Shown: positions 1 through 10,076 of the stretch, one piece after another
Numbering within the stretch: position 1 is the first letter of the stretch
How the letters are laid out: every line of letters begins with the position of its first letter
Translations under genes and position numbers: made by a program
The notes under the pieces: model-generated
What the model was told of the DNA's origin: nothing
The model's input: only the letters and a program-made list of their open reading frames with translations
Databases searched by the model: none
Assembly: GCA_014239655.1 (NCBI GenBank)
Contig: JAAZYM010000057.1
Span: 6,003-70,002, forward strand
DNA: 64,000 nt
DNA from: Flavobacteriales bacterium
Lineage (GTDB): Bacteria; Bacteroidota; Bacteroidia; Flavobacteriales; BACL11
Direction: 5' to 3'

Positions 1-108
1 GATTAGAAAAAACCACATCATTAATTTTCCGTAACTCGCCTTGTACGGAACATCTCCCCCCTTCCAAGCTGGAGCATTCATGTCGTTCTGAATTAGTGAA
101 TCTGCCAT
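1..108 (-). CDS. cytochrome c oxidase subunit III family protein, N-terminal fragment (gene runs off the window start)
   Basis: Own reading of the minus strand: ATG at 108, then MADSLIQNDMNAPAWKGGDVPYKASYGKLMMWFFSN in frame to base 1. The SYGKLMMWFF stretch matches the N-terminal region of long-form subunit III as I recall it. It lies directly downstream of the coxB-coxA-coxIII-like genes. Confidence 0.5.
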   Translation of the reverse strand, partial: MADSLIQNDMNAPAWKGGDVPYKASYGKLMMWFFLI

Positions 109-168
109 AAGTTTAATTTCTATTAAAAAATATTTTTATTTTATATATTAATTTCTAGTCTTTTTATT

Positions 169-720
169 TTAAAAAAAATTTAGAAGCAAGAACAAAAGAA
201 GCCAAAGAATTGCTAAAAAATGCCAATAAATAGCAGTCAATTCAAGTCCTAAACAATTGTTAATTGTATATGCATCTAAGCGTGATTTTACTGTAACATA
301 AGCCAAAGCTATTAAGCCTCCAAATAGATGAACTAAATGAGCTAAAGTAAGGACATATAAAAAAGAACCGGAAGCATTACTTCCTGCTCCTGTTAGGTAA
401 ATCCCCTGATCAACTAACTGCTCCCATCCTTTAAACTGAAAAAATGAAAATAAGATTCCAAGTATCAAAACGCTAAACACCAAACTAAAAATCGAATTAT
501 TTGCTTTCAATCTTCCTTTGATAAAAAAAAGTAATAGACTACTAATAACAATTATTGCAGTGCTAACTAAAAAATAATTAGGAAGAGCAAATTCGATCCA
601 ATTTCCCTCAGGCTTTCTTACAATATATGCTGAAGTTAAACCAGCAAAGAACATTATAATTGCTGCCATACCTATCCATAATAGCTGTTTCTTTGCGTTA
701 TTTTCTACAGTTAAACCCAT
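169..720 (-). CDS. heme-copper oxidase subunit III-like protein (short form)
   Basis: 183 aa with about 5 TM helices. The C-terminal YWHFLAILWLLLF resembles the YWHFVDVVW motif of subunit III. Its start is 1 nt from the coxA stop. Confidence 0.75.
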   Translation of the reverse strand: MGLTVENNAKKQLLWIGMAAIIMFFAGLTSAYIVRKPEGNWIEFALPNYFLVSTAIIVISSLLLFFIKGRLKANNSIFSLVFSVLILGILFSFFQFKGWEQLVDQGIYLTGAGSNASGSFLYVLTLAHLVHLFGGLIALAYVTVKSRLDAYTINNCLGLELTAIYWHFLAILWLLLFLLLNFF

Positions 721-721
721 G

Positions 722-2473
722 CTAATGATCTTCTTCTCCTTCTTTTAATGGAACTGTCTGAGGAACATAGTCTTCCTCCATCCCAGGCTTAGAATAATCG
801 TAAGCCCATCTTTGAACTACTGGTAAATCTCCTGGCCAGTTACCATGAATCCTCTCAATAGGAGTTGTCCACTCTAAGGTATTAGATTTCCATGGATTTG
901 TTGATGCTTTTGTTCCTTTAAATATACTATAAACAAAATTAAAAATGAAGATTGCTTGAACAATAGCTCCTGCCAATGCAAAAAACGTAATGATCTCATT
1001 TATATCACTTAATCCATCAAACATTGGAAAAGAACTATTAGTATAATAACGTCTAGGTAATCCAGCAAGACCTAAAAAATGCATTGGAAAAAAAACGCCA
1101 TATGCACAAATAAATGTTCCCCAAAAATGAAAATATCCTAAAGTTTTATTCATCATCTTACCGTACATTTTAGGGAACCAATGATATACACCTGCAAACA
1201 TTCCATAAATAGCAGAAAGCCCCATCACAATATGAAAGTGCCCTACTACAAAATAAGTGTCATGCACATTAATATCTAATGCACTATCTCCCAAAATTAA
1301 ACCTGTTAATCCTCCTGTAATAAATGCAGATACTGTTCCTATAGCAAATAACATTGCAGGAGTAAAACGAATATTGGCTCGCCAAAGTGTTGCTAACCAG
1401 TTAAATACTTTAACCGCTGAAGGAATTGCAATTAGCAGTGTGGTGAAAGTAAAAACTGAACCTAAGAAAGGATTCATTCCAGTCATGAACATATGGTGCC
1501 CCCATACAATAAAAGATAAAAAAGCAATTAATAAAATAGCCCCTACCATTGCTTTATACCCAAAGATTGGTTTTCGAGAATTAACAGCAATAACTTCAGA
1601 AACAATCCCAAGGGCTGGAAGTAAAATAATATATACTTCTGGATGGCCTAAAAACCAAAATAGATGTTCAAAAAGAATTGGGCTTCCTCCAGCAAAATGG
1701 AGTGCCTCCCCATTAATTATGATATCTGAAAGATAAAAACTAGTACCAAAAGACCTATCGAACAACAACAAAAGACCGCAAGAAAGTAAAACAGGAAACG
1801 ACAAGACTCCTAAAATTGCCGTGACAAATAATGACCAACAAGTTAAGGGCAAGCGCTTCATTGACATTCCTTTAGTTCTTAAATTAAGTATAGTTACTAT
1901 ATAATTTAAACTTCCTAATAAGGATCCTACTATAAAGAATGTAATACTTAAAAGCCATAAAGTCATTCCAGTTCCTGAACCTGGAATTGCCTGTGGCAAG
2001 GCGCTTAATGGAGGGTAAATTGTCCATCCTCCAGAGGCCGGTCCACCTTCAACATAAATTGAGGACATCAAAATAACAGTAGCAAGAAAGAAAAACCAAT
2101 ACGATAACATATTAATAAAACCAGAGGCCATGTCTCTTGCTCCTATTTGAAGAGGGATAAGAAAATTAGCAAAAGTTCCTGAAAGACCTGCCGTTAAAAC
2201 CCAGAAAACTAGAATAGTTCCATGCATCGTTACTAAAGCTAAATATTTATCAGGATTTAATGCTCCTTCTGCGCTTACCCATCCCCCAGGTAATAAATTA
2301 TATAATGCAGAATATTCTCCTGGATTTGCTAGCTGAACTCTAAAAATTGCAGACATAAGCATTCCCACTATAGCCATAAACATTCCTGTAAGCAGGAATT
2401 GTTTGGCAATCATCTTATGATCTTGACAGAATATGTATTTTGTTATAAATGTTTCTTTATGATGATCTGACAT
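722..2473 (-). CDS. ctaD: cytochrome c oxidase subunit I
   Basis: 583 aa and polytopic. Has WFLGHPEVYIILLP, the HHMF copper/heme histidines and the VVGHFHIV motif typical of heme-copper oxidase subunit I. Confidence 0.95.
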   Translation of the reverse strand: MSDHHKETFITKYIFCQDHKMIAKQFLLTGMFMAIVGMLMSAIFRVQLANPGEYSALYNLLPGGWVSAEGALNPDKYLALVTMHGTILVFWVLTAGLSGTFANFLIPLQIGARDMASGFINMLSYWFFFLATVILMSSIYVEGGPASGGWTIYPPLSALPQAIPGSGTGMTLWLLSITFFIVGSLLGSLNYIVTILNLRTKGMSMKRLPLTCWSLFVTAILGVLSFPVLLSCGLLLLFDRSFGTSFYLSDIIINGEALHFAGGSPILFEHLFWFLGHPEVYIILLPALGIVSEVIAVNSRKPIFGYKAMVGAILLIAFLSFIVWGHHMFMTGMNPFLGSVFTFTTLLIAIPSAVKVFNWLATLWRANIRFTPAMLFAIGTVSAFITGGLTGLILGDSALDINVHDTYFVVGHFHIVMGLSAIYGMFAGVYHWFPKMYGKMMNKTLGYFHFWGTFICAYGVFFPMHFLGLAGLPRRYYTNSSFPMFDGLSDINEIITFFALAGAIVQAIFIFNFVYSIFKGTKASTNPWKSNTLEWTTPIERIHGNWPGDLPVVQRWAYDYSKPGMEEDYVPQTVPLKEGEEDH

Positions 2474-2479
2474 TTTCTT

Positions 2480-3454
2480 CTATTTTAACGTTAATGTATT
2501 CTTAAGTGTTTTTTGAGAGCTTATCCACTTATTATACTCCTCCTCACTCTCAACAATAAATTTCATCTGCATGTTAAAATGGGCAGATCCACATATTTTA
2601 TTACAAAGCAATACATACTCAAAATCATCTCCTTCTTCCTCTTTCATTTGAGTAGTTGTTTTAGTTGGTGTGAAAGCAAATTGTGTGGAAAGACCGGGAA
2701 CGCAATTCATTTGAACTCTAAAATGCGGCAAGAATGCTGAATGAATAACATCTCTTGATCTAAATTTAAGAAGTACTGACTTATTAACTGGCAGATGAAC
2801 TTCCCTAACAACTATATCGTCTGCAGAATTTTCATCTAGCACATCTACACCAAGTGTATTTCTTCCCTCTACTAGTTTATAATCAGATGCCCCTAAAATA
2901 TTATCTGATCCTGAATAACGAGCTGTCCAATCAAACTGTTTTGAATAAACTTCAATAACAGTAGCGTCGGAAATATCTGGGTTCATAGCCCTATCCCAAG
3001 TTCTCAATCCATAAATAATTAAAGCAGTTAATACTATAGTAGGAATTACAGTCCAAGCAACCTCAAGTTTATTGTTGTGAGCAAAGAAATACGCAGTGCG
3101 TCCTTCTCTTCCTCTATATTTATATGCAAAATAGAATAGTAGTGGGGTTAACAGGAAGAACATAATCAATATCAAAGTCATTGAGACTTTCATCAAAGCA
3201 TCAATCTCTTCGCCATGAACAGAGCTGGCTGGTGGTAAAAGAAAGTGATCCCAAGTTACCATCTGCCATATAACAAATGCTATAAATCCACCACCTATTA
3301 TAAGAGAAAGAATTCCGTTTTTTTGATTATCATCATCAGTTACTGCATTAGTGTCTCGGTTTGTAATTTCAGAAAGCAACTCATTTACTCTAACTAATTG
3401 AACAAGAGCTGCTATGGTTAGTAAGGCTACCAGAGCGAATAATAAATTTGTCAT
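2480..3454 (-). CDS. coxB: cytochrome c oxidase subunit II
   Basis: Two N-terminal TM helices plus a cupredoxin domain with CuA ligands (HSAF ... CNKICGSAHFNM = CxxxCxxxHxxM). I place the start at the internal ATG (MTNLLFAL) because a TACTTTTG -7 box at 3474-3481 lies inside the longer ORF-track version (to 3502). Confidence 0.9.
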   Translation of the reverse strand: MTNLLFALVALLTIAALVQLVRVNELLSEITNRDTNAVTDDDNQKNGILSLIIGGGFIAFVIWQMVTWDHFLLPPASSVHGEEIDALMKVSMTLILIMFFLLTPLLFYFAYKYRGREGRTAYFFAHNNKLEVAWTVIPTIVLTALIIYGLRTWDRAMNPDISDATVIEVYSKQFDWTARYSGSDNILGASDYKLVEGRNTLGVDVLDENSADDIVVREVHLPVNKSVLLKFRSRDVIHSAFLPHFRVQMNCVPGLSTQFAFTPTKTTTQMKEEEGDDFEYVLLCNKICGSAHFNMQMKFIVESEEEYNKWISSQKTLKNTLTLK

Positions 3455-3473
3455 TTTGTAATTTTTACGAAAG

Positions 3474-3481
3474 CAAAAGTA
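3474..3481 (-). promoter_or_regulatory. Bacteroidota-type -7 promoter box (TAnnTTTG) for the cox operon
   Basis: The minus strand reads TACTTTTG, 19 nt upstream of the ATG at 3454. Confidence 0.45.
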
Positions 3482-3557
3482 AGTATTATACACTAAATAC
3501 AAATGAGTATTTAGCCTTTCTTTTATGAAAACTTATAAATAAATAATTGTTAGATAC

Positions 3558-4001
3558 TTATATGTCATCAACACACCATTCTGCAAAAGAATTAGCGGTT
3601 TCAGAAAGAACCAATTTATACAGCTCAATGTTTTGAGGCAGTTGTTTTTTAATGATATTAGCAAAATCATTAACTAAATTTTCAGATGTTGGTTGATAAG
3701 GTAGATAAAACACCTTCTCAAATGCAGAGAGATCTATATTAGCGTGAGGGCTGTTTGCATTTAAAACTAAAGAATGATCAAATTTATCTACAATCAATGG
3801 TTTAACCATTTGCTTTAAAAGACTAAAGTCTAATACCATACCATCTTTTTTATGACCAGCCTCATCTTTAACCGCCCCTCTTAGGGTAACCCACAACTTG
3901 TAGGAGTGTCCATGAATATTTTTACAAAGACCATCATACCCATGAAGAGCATGAGCCATTTCCATTTTAAACTGTTTAGTTATTCTAATAATTTGTGACA
4001 T
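3558..4001 (-). CDS. queD: 6-carboxy-5,6,7,8-tetrahydropterin synthase (PTPS family)
   Basis: 147 aa. Has the FKMEMAHAL...CKNIHGHSYKL zinc/His motif of the PTPS/QueD family. Its start shares one base with the trhO stop (TAATG). Confidence 0.85.
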   Translation of the reverse strand: MSQIIRITKQFKMEMAHALHGYDGLCKNIHGHSYKLWVTLRGAVKDEAGHKKDGMVLDFSLLKQMVKPLIVDKFDHSLVLNANSPHANIDLSAFEKVFYLPYQPTSENLVNDFANIIKKQLPQNIELYKLVLSETANSFAEWCVDDI

Positions 4002-5047
4002 TATTCCTTTAAATTTAATTTTACCTTTTTATGACTATAGTATATCTTTTTATTTTCTACTCCTTTACGTAATTTCTTCCTTTGATCCTCTGACATATTT
4101 GCAACCTCTATGCATTCCACAGAACAACAGCTTTCATGTTTATCCTTACATTTTTGACACTGTAAAAAAAGTAAATTACAATTCACATTTCTACAGTTAG
4201 TATGAATATCACAAGTCTCCCCACATTGGTGGCAATTACTTATTACATCACTTGAGATTCTCTCGCCTCTTCTTTCATCAAAAACAAAATTCTTTCCTAG
4301 AAATTTATTCTGAATTTTATTGTCTTCTTTGATTTGACGCACATAATCAATAATACCCCCATGAAGCTGACTGACATTATTAAATCCATAATTCTTTAAA
4401 TATGCCGATGCCTTCTCACATCTGATTCCTCCTGTACAATATAATAGTACTTGCTCATTCTCTTTTCCATTTAGCATCTCTTTAACAAGAGGTAACTCTT
4501 CTTTAAATGTCTCAACCTCAGGACAAATTGCCCCCTTAAATTTTCCAATCTCGCTTTCATAGTGATTTCTCATATCTACGACTGTGGCTCCATTTTCTAT
4601 TGCTTCATTCCATTCTCTAGCGCCTAAATGTTTCCCTACATTAGTCACATCATAATCATTCTCCGACAAACCATCTGCCACAATCTGATTCCTAACCTTT
4701 ATAGTGAGTTTAAAAAATGATTTACCATCATCCTCAACAGCAATCTTAAAAGGGATGTCTTTTAAAACATCATATGAATTAAGATTCTCTACAAACTTAT
4801 CCCAATTATGCTCAGGAACACTCATTTGTGCATTAACCCCTTCTTTAGCAAGATATATTCTACCATAGGCTGATAAGGATTTCCATTCTGAATACAATTT
4901 ATCTCTAAATGACTCTACATTTTCTATAATTATATATCTGTAAAAAGAAACTGTTACTCTATTAAAAGACTCTTGCTCAAGTCTTAGAATAGCCTCTTTT
5001 CTACCAAGCTTATTAAACATTCCTTTTTTACCTCCATTAGGATCCAT
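4001..5047 (-). CDS. trhO: rhodanese-domain tRNA U34 hydroxylase (UPF0176/YceA family)
   Basis: 348 aa. Has the rhodanese active-site loop YCTGGIRCEKASAYL and a Cys-rich C-terminal tail (CHQCGETC...CQKC), as in long TrhO homologues. Confidence 0.85.
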   Translation of the reverse strand: MDPNGGKKGMFNKLGRKEAILRLEQESFNRVTVSFYRYIIIENVESFRDKLYSEWKSLSAYGRIYLAKEGVNAQMSVPEHNWDKFVENLNSYDVLKDIPFKIAVEDDGKSFFKLTIKVRNQIVADGLSENDYDVTNVGKHLGAREWNEAIENGATVVDMRNHYESEIGKFKGAICPEVETFKEELPLVKEMLNGKENEQVLLYCTGGIRCEKASAYLKNYGFNNVSQLHGGIIDYVRQIKEDNKIQNKFLGKNFVFDERRGERISSDVISNCHQCGETCDIHTNCRNVNCNLLFLQCQKCKDKHESCCSVECIEVANMSEDQRKKLRKGVENKKIYYSHKKVKLNLKE

Positions 5048-5136
5048 ATGATCGATTTTTAATGCTTTTACAAAGATATAAAACCCTTACCTTTAATGAA
5101 AATAAAAGTAAGTATAAACGGTTTAGTCTTTAGTAT

Positions 5137-5144
5137 TATATTTG
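5137..5144 (+). promoter_or_regulatory. -7 promoter box (TAnnTTTG)
   Basis: TATATTTG, 15 nt upstream of the ATG at 5160. Confidence 0.45.
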
Positions 5145-5159
5145 TAAAAAAAATAGTAG

Positions 5160-6119
5160 ATGCGTGATAATATTTTAGTAATCGGCTCTTCAGGACAGAT
5201 AGGTACTGAATTAGTTATTGAGCTAAGAAAAATATATGGAAACGATCATGTTGTGGCATCTGATATTATTCCTTCCTCTGAAGAAATTATGAGTTCTGGT
5301 CCTTATGAAAAGTTAGATGTTACTGATGCTGACAAATTATTAGCTGTTGTCAAAAAACATCATATCACTCAAGTATACCTATTAGCCGCAATGCTTTCTG
5401 CCAAGGCAGAGAAAAATGTAAATTTTGCATGGAAACTAAATATGGATTCGCTGTTCAACATCTTAAACCTTGCAAAGGAAAAAATAATTAAAAAAATATT
5501 TTGGCCTTCATCAATAGCTGTGTTTGGTCCTAACACCAAAAAGGAACTCACCCCGCAATGTGCATTAACAGAACCCAATACAGTATATGGAATTAGTAAA
5601 TTAACTGGTGAGAGGTGGTGTGAATATTATTTTAATAAATTTAATGTTGATGTGGTCTCAATAAGATATCCAGGGTTAATTGGTTGGAAATCGGAACCCG
5701 GAGGGGGAACAACAGATTACGCCGTACATATTTTCCATGAAGCATTAAAAAACAATACATATACATGTTTTCTCTCAGAAAAGACAACCCTACCAATGAT
5801 GTATATGAACGATGCAATTAGGGCAACAATAGAAATTATGCAAACTAAGGCTGAAAATGTGAAGATAAGATCTTCATATAATATTGCCGGATGTAGTTTT
5901 AATCCTATGCAAATCGCAGCACAAATAAAATCAAAGCAAGTAGAATTTACTATTAATTATAAGGTAGATTTTAGACAAGAAATTGCCAACTCATGGCCTC
6001 AAAGTATAGATGATAGCGAAGCCATGAAAGACTGGAAATGGAAAGCACAATGCAACCTTGAAAAAATAACTCATGATATGTTAGATAATCTGAGAATCAA
6101 ATATAATATCTCAAAATAA
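5160..6119 (+). CDS. NAD-dependent epimerase/dehydratase family protein, L-threonine 3-dehydrogenase-like
   Basis: 319 aa. Has the Rossmann motif [10 protein letters not shown], catalytic YGISK and the GGGTTDYAV segment characteristic of extended-SDR threonine dehydrogenases. Confidence 0.75.
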   Translation: MRDNILVIGSSGQIGTELVIELRKIYGNDHVVASDIIPSSEEIMSSGPYEKLDVTDADKLLAVVKKHHITQVYLLAAMLSAKAEKNVNFAWKLNMDSLFNILNLAKEKIIKKIFWPSSIAVFGPNTKKELTPQCALTEPNTVYGISKLTGERWCEYYFNKFNVDVVSIRYPGLIGWKSEPGGGTTDYAVHIFHEALKNNTYTCFLSEKTTLPMMYMNDAIRATIEIMQTKAENVKIRSSYNIAGCSFNPMQIAAQIKSKQVEFTINYKVDFRQEIANSWPQSIDDSEAMKDWKWKAQCNLEKITHDMLDNLRIKYNISK

Positions 6120-7585
6120 TGAAAGAAAAAATATCAATATACAATAGTTTAAGTAGAAAAAAAGAAACCTTAAAGCCAATAGTAAAGGATTATATTGGAA
6201 TGTATGTGTGTGGCCCAACCGTCTATGGAGATCCACATCTGGGTCATGCTAGGCCTGCGATAACTTTTGATGTTGTCTATCGATATCTTAAATGGTGTGG
6301 ATATAAAGTGAGATATGTGAGAAACATTACTGATGCTGGGCATTTAGAAAATGATGCTGAAGAAGGGGAGGATAAAATCACTAAAAAAGCAAGATTAGAA
6401 CAATTAGAACCCATGGAAGTAGCGCATTTATATACATTGAGCTACCACCGGGCTATGAAGCTGTTAAATTGCCAATCTCCTTCAATTGAGCCAAGAGCTA
6501 CAGGTCATATCATTGAACAAATTGAAATGATTAAAAAAATCATGAAAAATGATTTTGCATATGAAAAAAATGGATCTGTATATCTTGATGTAAATAAATA
6601 TAACCAACATTACCCATATGGAATTCTTTCTGGTAGAAATCTAGAAGACACTCTTACAGGAACAAGAGAACTAGATAGGCAATCAGAAAAAAATAGCCCT
6701 GTTGACTTTGCAATATGGAAAAAAGCATCTAAAGAACATATTATGAAATGGGCTTCACCATGGGGAGAAGGATTCCCGGGTTGGCATATGGAGTGTTCTG
6801 CAATGTCAGAAAAATATCTAGGTAAAACTTTTGATATTCATGGTGGGGGCATGGATCTTGTATTCCCACACCATGAAGCAGAAATTGCTCAAAGCAATGC
6901 ATGTAATAAATGTATGCCTGTTAATTATTGGATGCACAACAATATGATTACAATAGATGGAAAAAAGATGGGAAAATCGCTTGGTAATTTCATTAATCTT
7001 GAAGAATTTTTTACTGGAGATCATAAAAAATTAAACAAAGCCTACTCACCTATGACAATTAGGTTTTTTATTCTTCAGGCTCATTATAGAAGCACATTAG
7101 ATTTTGGAAATGATGCCTTACAAGCTGCAGAAAAAGGTTGTGCCAAATTAATGGAGGCTATTACTACGCTAAATCAATTGCATCCTGTTGCGGAATCAAG
7201 CTTTAATGTAGCAGAAATCAAACAAGAATGTATTGATGCTATTAATGATGATTTTAATACCCCAATATTATTAGCAAATTTATTTGAAGGAGTAAAAATT
7301 ATTAACTCAATAAAAGATGGGAAGGCAACAATAAATAATACTGATTTGGAAAAACTAAAAAAAATATACCAAGATTTTGCAATTGATATATTAGGATTAA
7401 ATGTCATGGAAGAAAATAATGATGACCTAACAGATGATGTAATGGGCATCATACTTCTATTACGGAAAAATGCAAAAGAGAATAAGGATTTTAATACCGC
7501 TGATTTAATTAGGGATGAATTAGATAAAAAAGGAATCCAAATTAAAGACACACGAGAAGGTAGTAGCTGGGGTATTAAAAAATAG
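6119..7585 (+). CDS. cysS: cysteine--tRNA ligase
   Basis: 488 aa. Has class I HIGH (PHLGHAR) and KMSKS-like (KMGKSLGN) motifs and the WPGWHMECS zinc site. Confidence 0.95.
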   Translation: MKEKISIYNSLSRKKETLKPIVKDYIGMYVCGPTVYGDPHLGHARPAITFDVVYRYLKWCGYKVRYVRNITDAGHLENDAEEGEDKITKKARLEQLEPMEVAHLYTLSYHRAMKLLNCQSPSIEPRATGHIIEQIEMIKKIMKNDFAYEKNGSVYLDVNKYNQHYPYGILSGRNLEDTLTGTRELDRQSEKNSPVDFAIWKKASKEHIMKWASPWGEGFPGWHMECSAMSEKYLGKTFDIHGGGMDLVFPHHEAEIAQSNACNKCMPVNYWMHNNMITIDGKKMGKSLGNFINLEEFFTGDHKKLNKAYSPMTIRFFILQAHYRSTLDFGNDALQAAEKGCAKLMEAITTLNQLHPVAESSFNVAEIKQECIDAINDDFNTPILLANLFEGVKIINSIKDGKATINNTDLEKLKKIYQDFAIDILGLNVMEENNDDLTDDVMGIILLLRKNAKENKDFNTADLIRDELDKKGIQIKDTREGSSWGIKK

Positions 7586-7587
7586 CT

Positions 7588-8574
7588 ATGATGCAAAACA
7601 AATTATTTATCCCATATATTTTGATAATTGGTTTACTGTTTAGCTGCAAACCCTCAATAAAAAATGATACCACAAAAAACAAAATCAAAAAAACTCTCGA
7701 TATTCCAATCTTTAATAGTGACAGTGCTTACTTTTTTGTAGAACAACAGGTTAACTTTGGGCCTCGAGTAATTAGTACAAAGGCTTGGCAAAATTGCTCT
7801 AAGTTTCTAGTAGAAAAACTCAATTCATACAATGCAGATGTACAAATTCAAGAAGCACCAATAACAACATATGATGGCAAAAATCATATATTAAAAAATA
7901 TTATAGCAAGCTTCTCAACTGAGAAAAATAATAGGATTGCATTGTTTGCGCACTGGGACTCAAGACATGTTGCGGATCATGATAGTGTCAATACTAATCA
8001 GCCTATATTAGGAGCAAATGACGGAGGTAGTGGTGTGGGGGTTTTATTAGAAATAGCAAGAAATATAAGCCTAAAAAATCCTGCTATTGGAATAGATGTG
8101 ATTTTATTTGACGCTGAAGATTATGGTCAGCCAGAAAACTCCACGTATCCTCTAATGAGCAACTCATGGTGTCTTGGTTCTCAATACTGGTCAAAGAACC
8201 CGCATAAAAAAAACTATTTTGCAAAATATGGAATATTACTAGATATGGTGGGGGGTAAAAATGCAAAATTTTGGCAAGAAAGCACCTCTTCTTATTATGC
8301 TCCTAATGTATTAAAGAAGGTTTGGAATACGGCTCACCAAATAGGTTATTCCGATTATTTTGTTTTTAGATTAAGCCCGCAAATTATGGATGATCATTAT
8401 TATGTAAATACATTAGCAGCTATTCCAACTATTGATATAATTGAATTTGATCCATTAACAAAAACTAATTTCAATAAACACTGGCACACACACTCAGATA
8501 ACATGAATAATGTGAATAAAAAAACACTGAAAGCGGTAGGGCAAACTGTTTTAAATGTAATTTATTCTGAATAA
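7588..8574 (+). CDS. M28-family lipoprotein, glutaminyl-peptide cyclotransferase-like
   Basis: 328 aa. Has a lipoprotein signal (LLFSC) and M28/QC-type metal-site segments HWDSR, GANDGGSGVGVLLEIAR and LFDAEDYG. Confidence 0.7.
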   Translation: MMQNKLFIPYILIIGLLFSCKPSIKNDTTKNKIKKTLDIPIFNSDSAYFFVEQQVNFGPRVISTKAWQNCSKFLVEKLNSYNADVQIQEAPITTYDGKNHILKNIIASFSTEKNNRIALFAHWDSRHVADHDSVNTNQPILGANDGGSGVGVLLEIARNISLKNPAIGIDVILFDAEDYGQPENSTYPLMSNSWCLGSQYWSKNPHKKNYFAKYGILLDMVGGKNAKFWQESTSSYYAPNVLKKVWNTAHQIGYSDYFVFRLSPQIMDDHYYVNTLAAIPTIDIIEFDPLTKTNFNKHWHTHSDNMNNVNKKTLKAVGQTVLNVIYSE

Positions 8575-8934
8575 TTACTGTTCATCGCAACCCTGAATAT
8601 ATTTTATTTCAAAATCATGAACAGAAAAGAGTTTGTCGTTACTACGAACACCTGTCATTTCAACTTCCATAGGGAAATATTCCATCTCTGTAATTGAGAG
8701 ATACAAGTCAATTAAAGCTAGGGAATCTTCATCCAAAAACAACAAATCAAACTCGTCCAAAGTTTCTTCATCTTTTAAAATGTGTTGTCCTTCTCCATAT
8801 ATCCACCATCCCGTAATCTTATTTAATTCTCTTTCTGAGACGTTTTTTTGTTGATTTTCTGGAGCTATACAAGCTTGTCCTATCAAGGAAATAAACAGTA
8901 TAGTTATTAAAAATTTATTCTTTATCTCATCCAT
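8575..8934 (-). CDS. hypothetical small lipoprotein
   Basis: 119 aa. Has an N-terminal hydrophobic signal followed by Cys (LIGQAC). No recognisable catalytic motif. Confidence 0.5.
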   Translation of the reverse strand: MDEIKNKFLITILFISLIGQACIAPENQQKNVSERELNKITGWWIYGEGQHILKDEETLDEFDLLFLDEDSLALIDLYLSITEMEYFPMEVEMTGVRSNDKLFSVHDFEIKYIQGCDEQ

Positions 8935-8942
8935 AAAAAATC

Positions 8943-9512
8943 TTATTTATAAAAATTCATTTCATCAATATACTTCCAGGCTTTATAAGGTATAAATGAA
9001 GACATGTCTTTTCCGTTCTTAATAGATTCCCTAATAAACATTGCAGAAATATCCATCATTGGAACCTCCTTAAGATAAACAACATGCTTATGGGAAAGTT
9101 TAAAATCAAACCCGTATCTAGGATAAACATATATAAAATAATTCTCTAGGATTTGCTCATAATTTTTCCATTTATGCAGCGTCTTAATATTATCGCCCCC
9201 CATAATTAAAGAAAATGTGTGTTCTGGGTGTTTTTCTGATAAATTAACAACAGTATCAATAGTGTATGATGGGGTTGGAAGAGAAAATTCTATATCTGAA
9301 ACAAACAAATCATTTTGATTCTCAATATCTCTTCTAATAATTTGTAACCTATGATATTGATCTAACAATGAACTCTTTTGTTTTAATGGGTTTTGAGGAG
9401 AAACAACATACCACACCTGATCGACTTCTGTATTCTGAGCTATATAAGAACCTATGGCTTTATGACCTATATGAAAGGGATTGAAGGAGCCAAAAAAAAG
9501 TCCAATTCGCAT
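8943..9512 (-). CDS. nadD: nicotinate-nucleotide adenylyltransferase
   Basis: 189 aa. Has the GSFNPFHIGH nucleotidyltransferase (H/T)xGH motif and an ISA/SSTxxR-like C-terminal region (DISAMFIRE). Confidence 0.9.
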   Translation of the reverse strand: MRIGLFFGSFNPFHIGHKAIGSYIAQNTEVDQVWYVVSPQNPLKQKSSLLDQYHRLQIIRRDIENQNDLFVSDIEFSLPTPSYTIDTVVNLSEKHPEHTFSLIMGGDNIKTLHKWKNYEQILENYFIYVYPRYGFDFKLSHKHVVYLKEVPMMDISAMFIRESIKNGKDMSSFIPYKAWKYIDEMNFYK

Positions 9513-9515
9513 TGC

Positions 9516-10076
9516 TTAACTTAAAAAAGTTCTTACTAAATCTAATGTCTCTCTACATGCTATTGAAAAATCATTATTCAAAACCACATAATCAAAAAAT
9601 TGTTTTTTAGACATTTCATCCTTTGCCTTGCTAATTCTTTCTTTTATACTGCTAGAAGAATCAGAATCTCTTACTGATAATCTTTTATCTAAATCACCGA
9701 TTGATGGTGGTTCTATAAAGATAGACATACACTCTTTTGGATACTTCTTTTTAATATTTATTCCTCCGATTACATCAACATCAAAAATTGCACAATTACC
9801 TTTAGACCATATTTTTTCTAATTCTGAATTAAGAGTCCCATAAAATTGATTCGAATACACTTCTTCCCATTCTAAAAAAGCATCTTCTTTTATTTTATTC
9901 TTAAACCCATCAATCCCTAGAAAGTAATAGTCTTGACCATCAATCTCTTCTGCCCTTTTCTCACGAGAACATGCTGATATAGAAAATGAAAGTTCTGGCA
10001 TGTTTTTTAACAAATAATGAACTATGGAAGTCTTTCCAGCTCCAGATGGCGCTGATATAACAATCAGTTTACCCAT
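9516..10076 (-). CDS. gmk: guanylate kinase
   Basis: 186 aa. Has the P-loop SAPSGAGKTS and a YYF...FLEWEEVY GMP-binding region. Confidence 0.9.
   Translation of the reverse strand: MGKLIVISAPSGAGKTSIVHYLLKNMPELSFSISACSREKRAEEIDGQDYYFLGIDGFKNKIKEDAFLEWEEVYSNQFYGTLNSELEKIWSKGNCAIFDVDVIGGINIKKKYPKECMSIFIEPPSIGDLDKRLSVRDSDSSSSIKERISKAKDEMSKKQFFDYVVLNNDFSIACRETLDLVRTFLS

Noticed and set aside
1-720. Two consecutive subunit-III-like genes considered as a split or pseudogenised coxC
   Set aside because: Both frames are intact with separate starts. A short plus a long subunit-III-family gene pair is, as far as I recall, the usual arrangement in Flavobacteriia oxidase loci.
1257-1736. 159-aa ORF on the plus strand inside coxA
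   Set aside because: It is entirely antisense to a very well supported cytochrome oxidase subunit I gene. Its low-complexity Ile/Lys/Pro-rich translation is typical of shadow ORFs in AT-rich DNA.
7174-7596. 140-aa minus-strand ORF overlapping the cysS 3' end
   Set aside because: It is antisense to cysS. The Ser/Phe/Ile-rich translation has no motif, so it is a shadow ORF.
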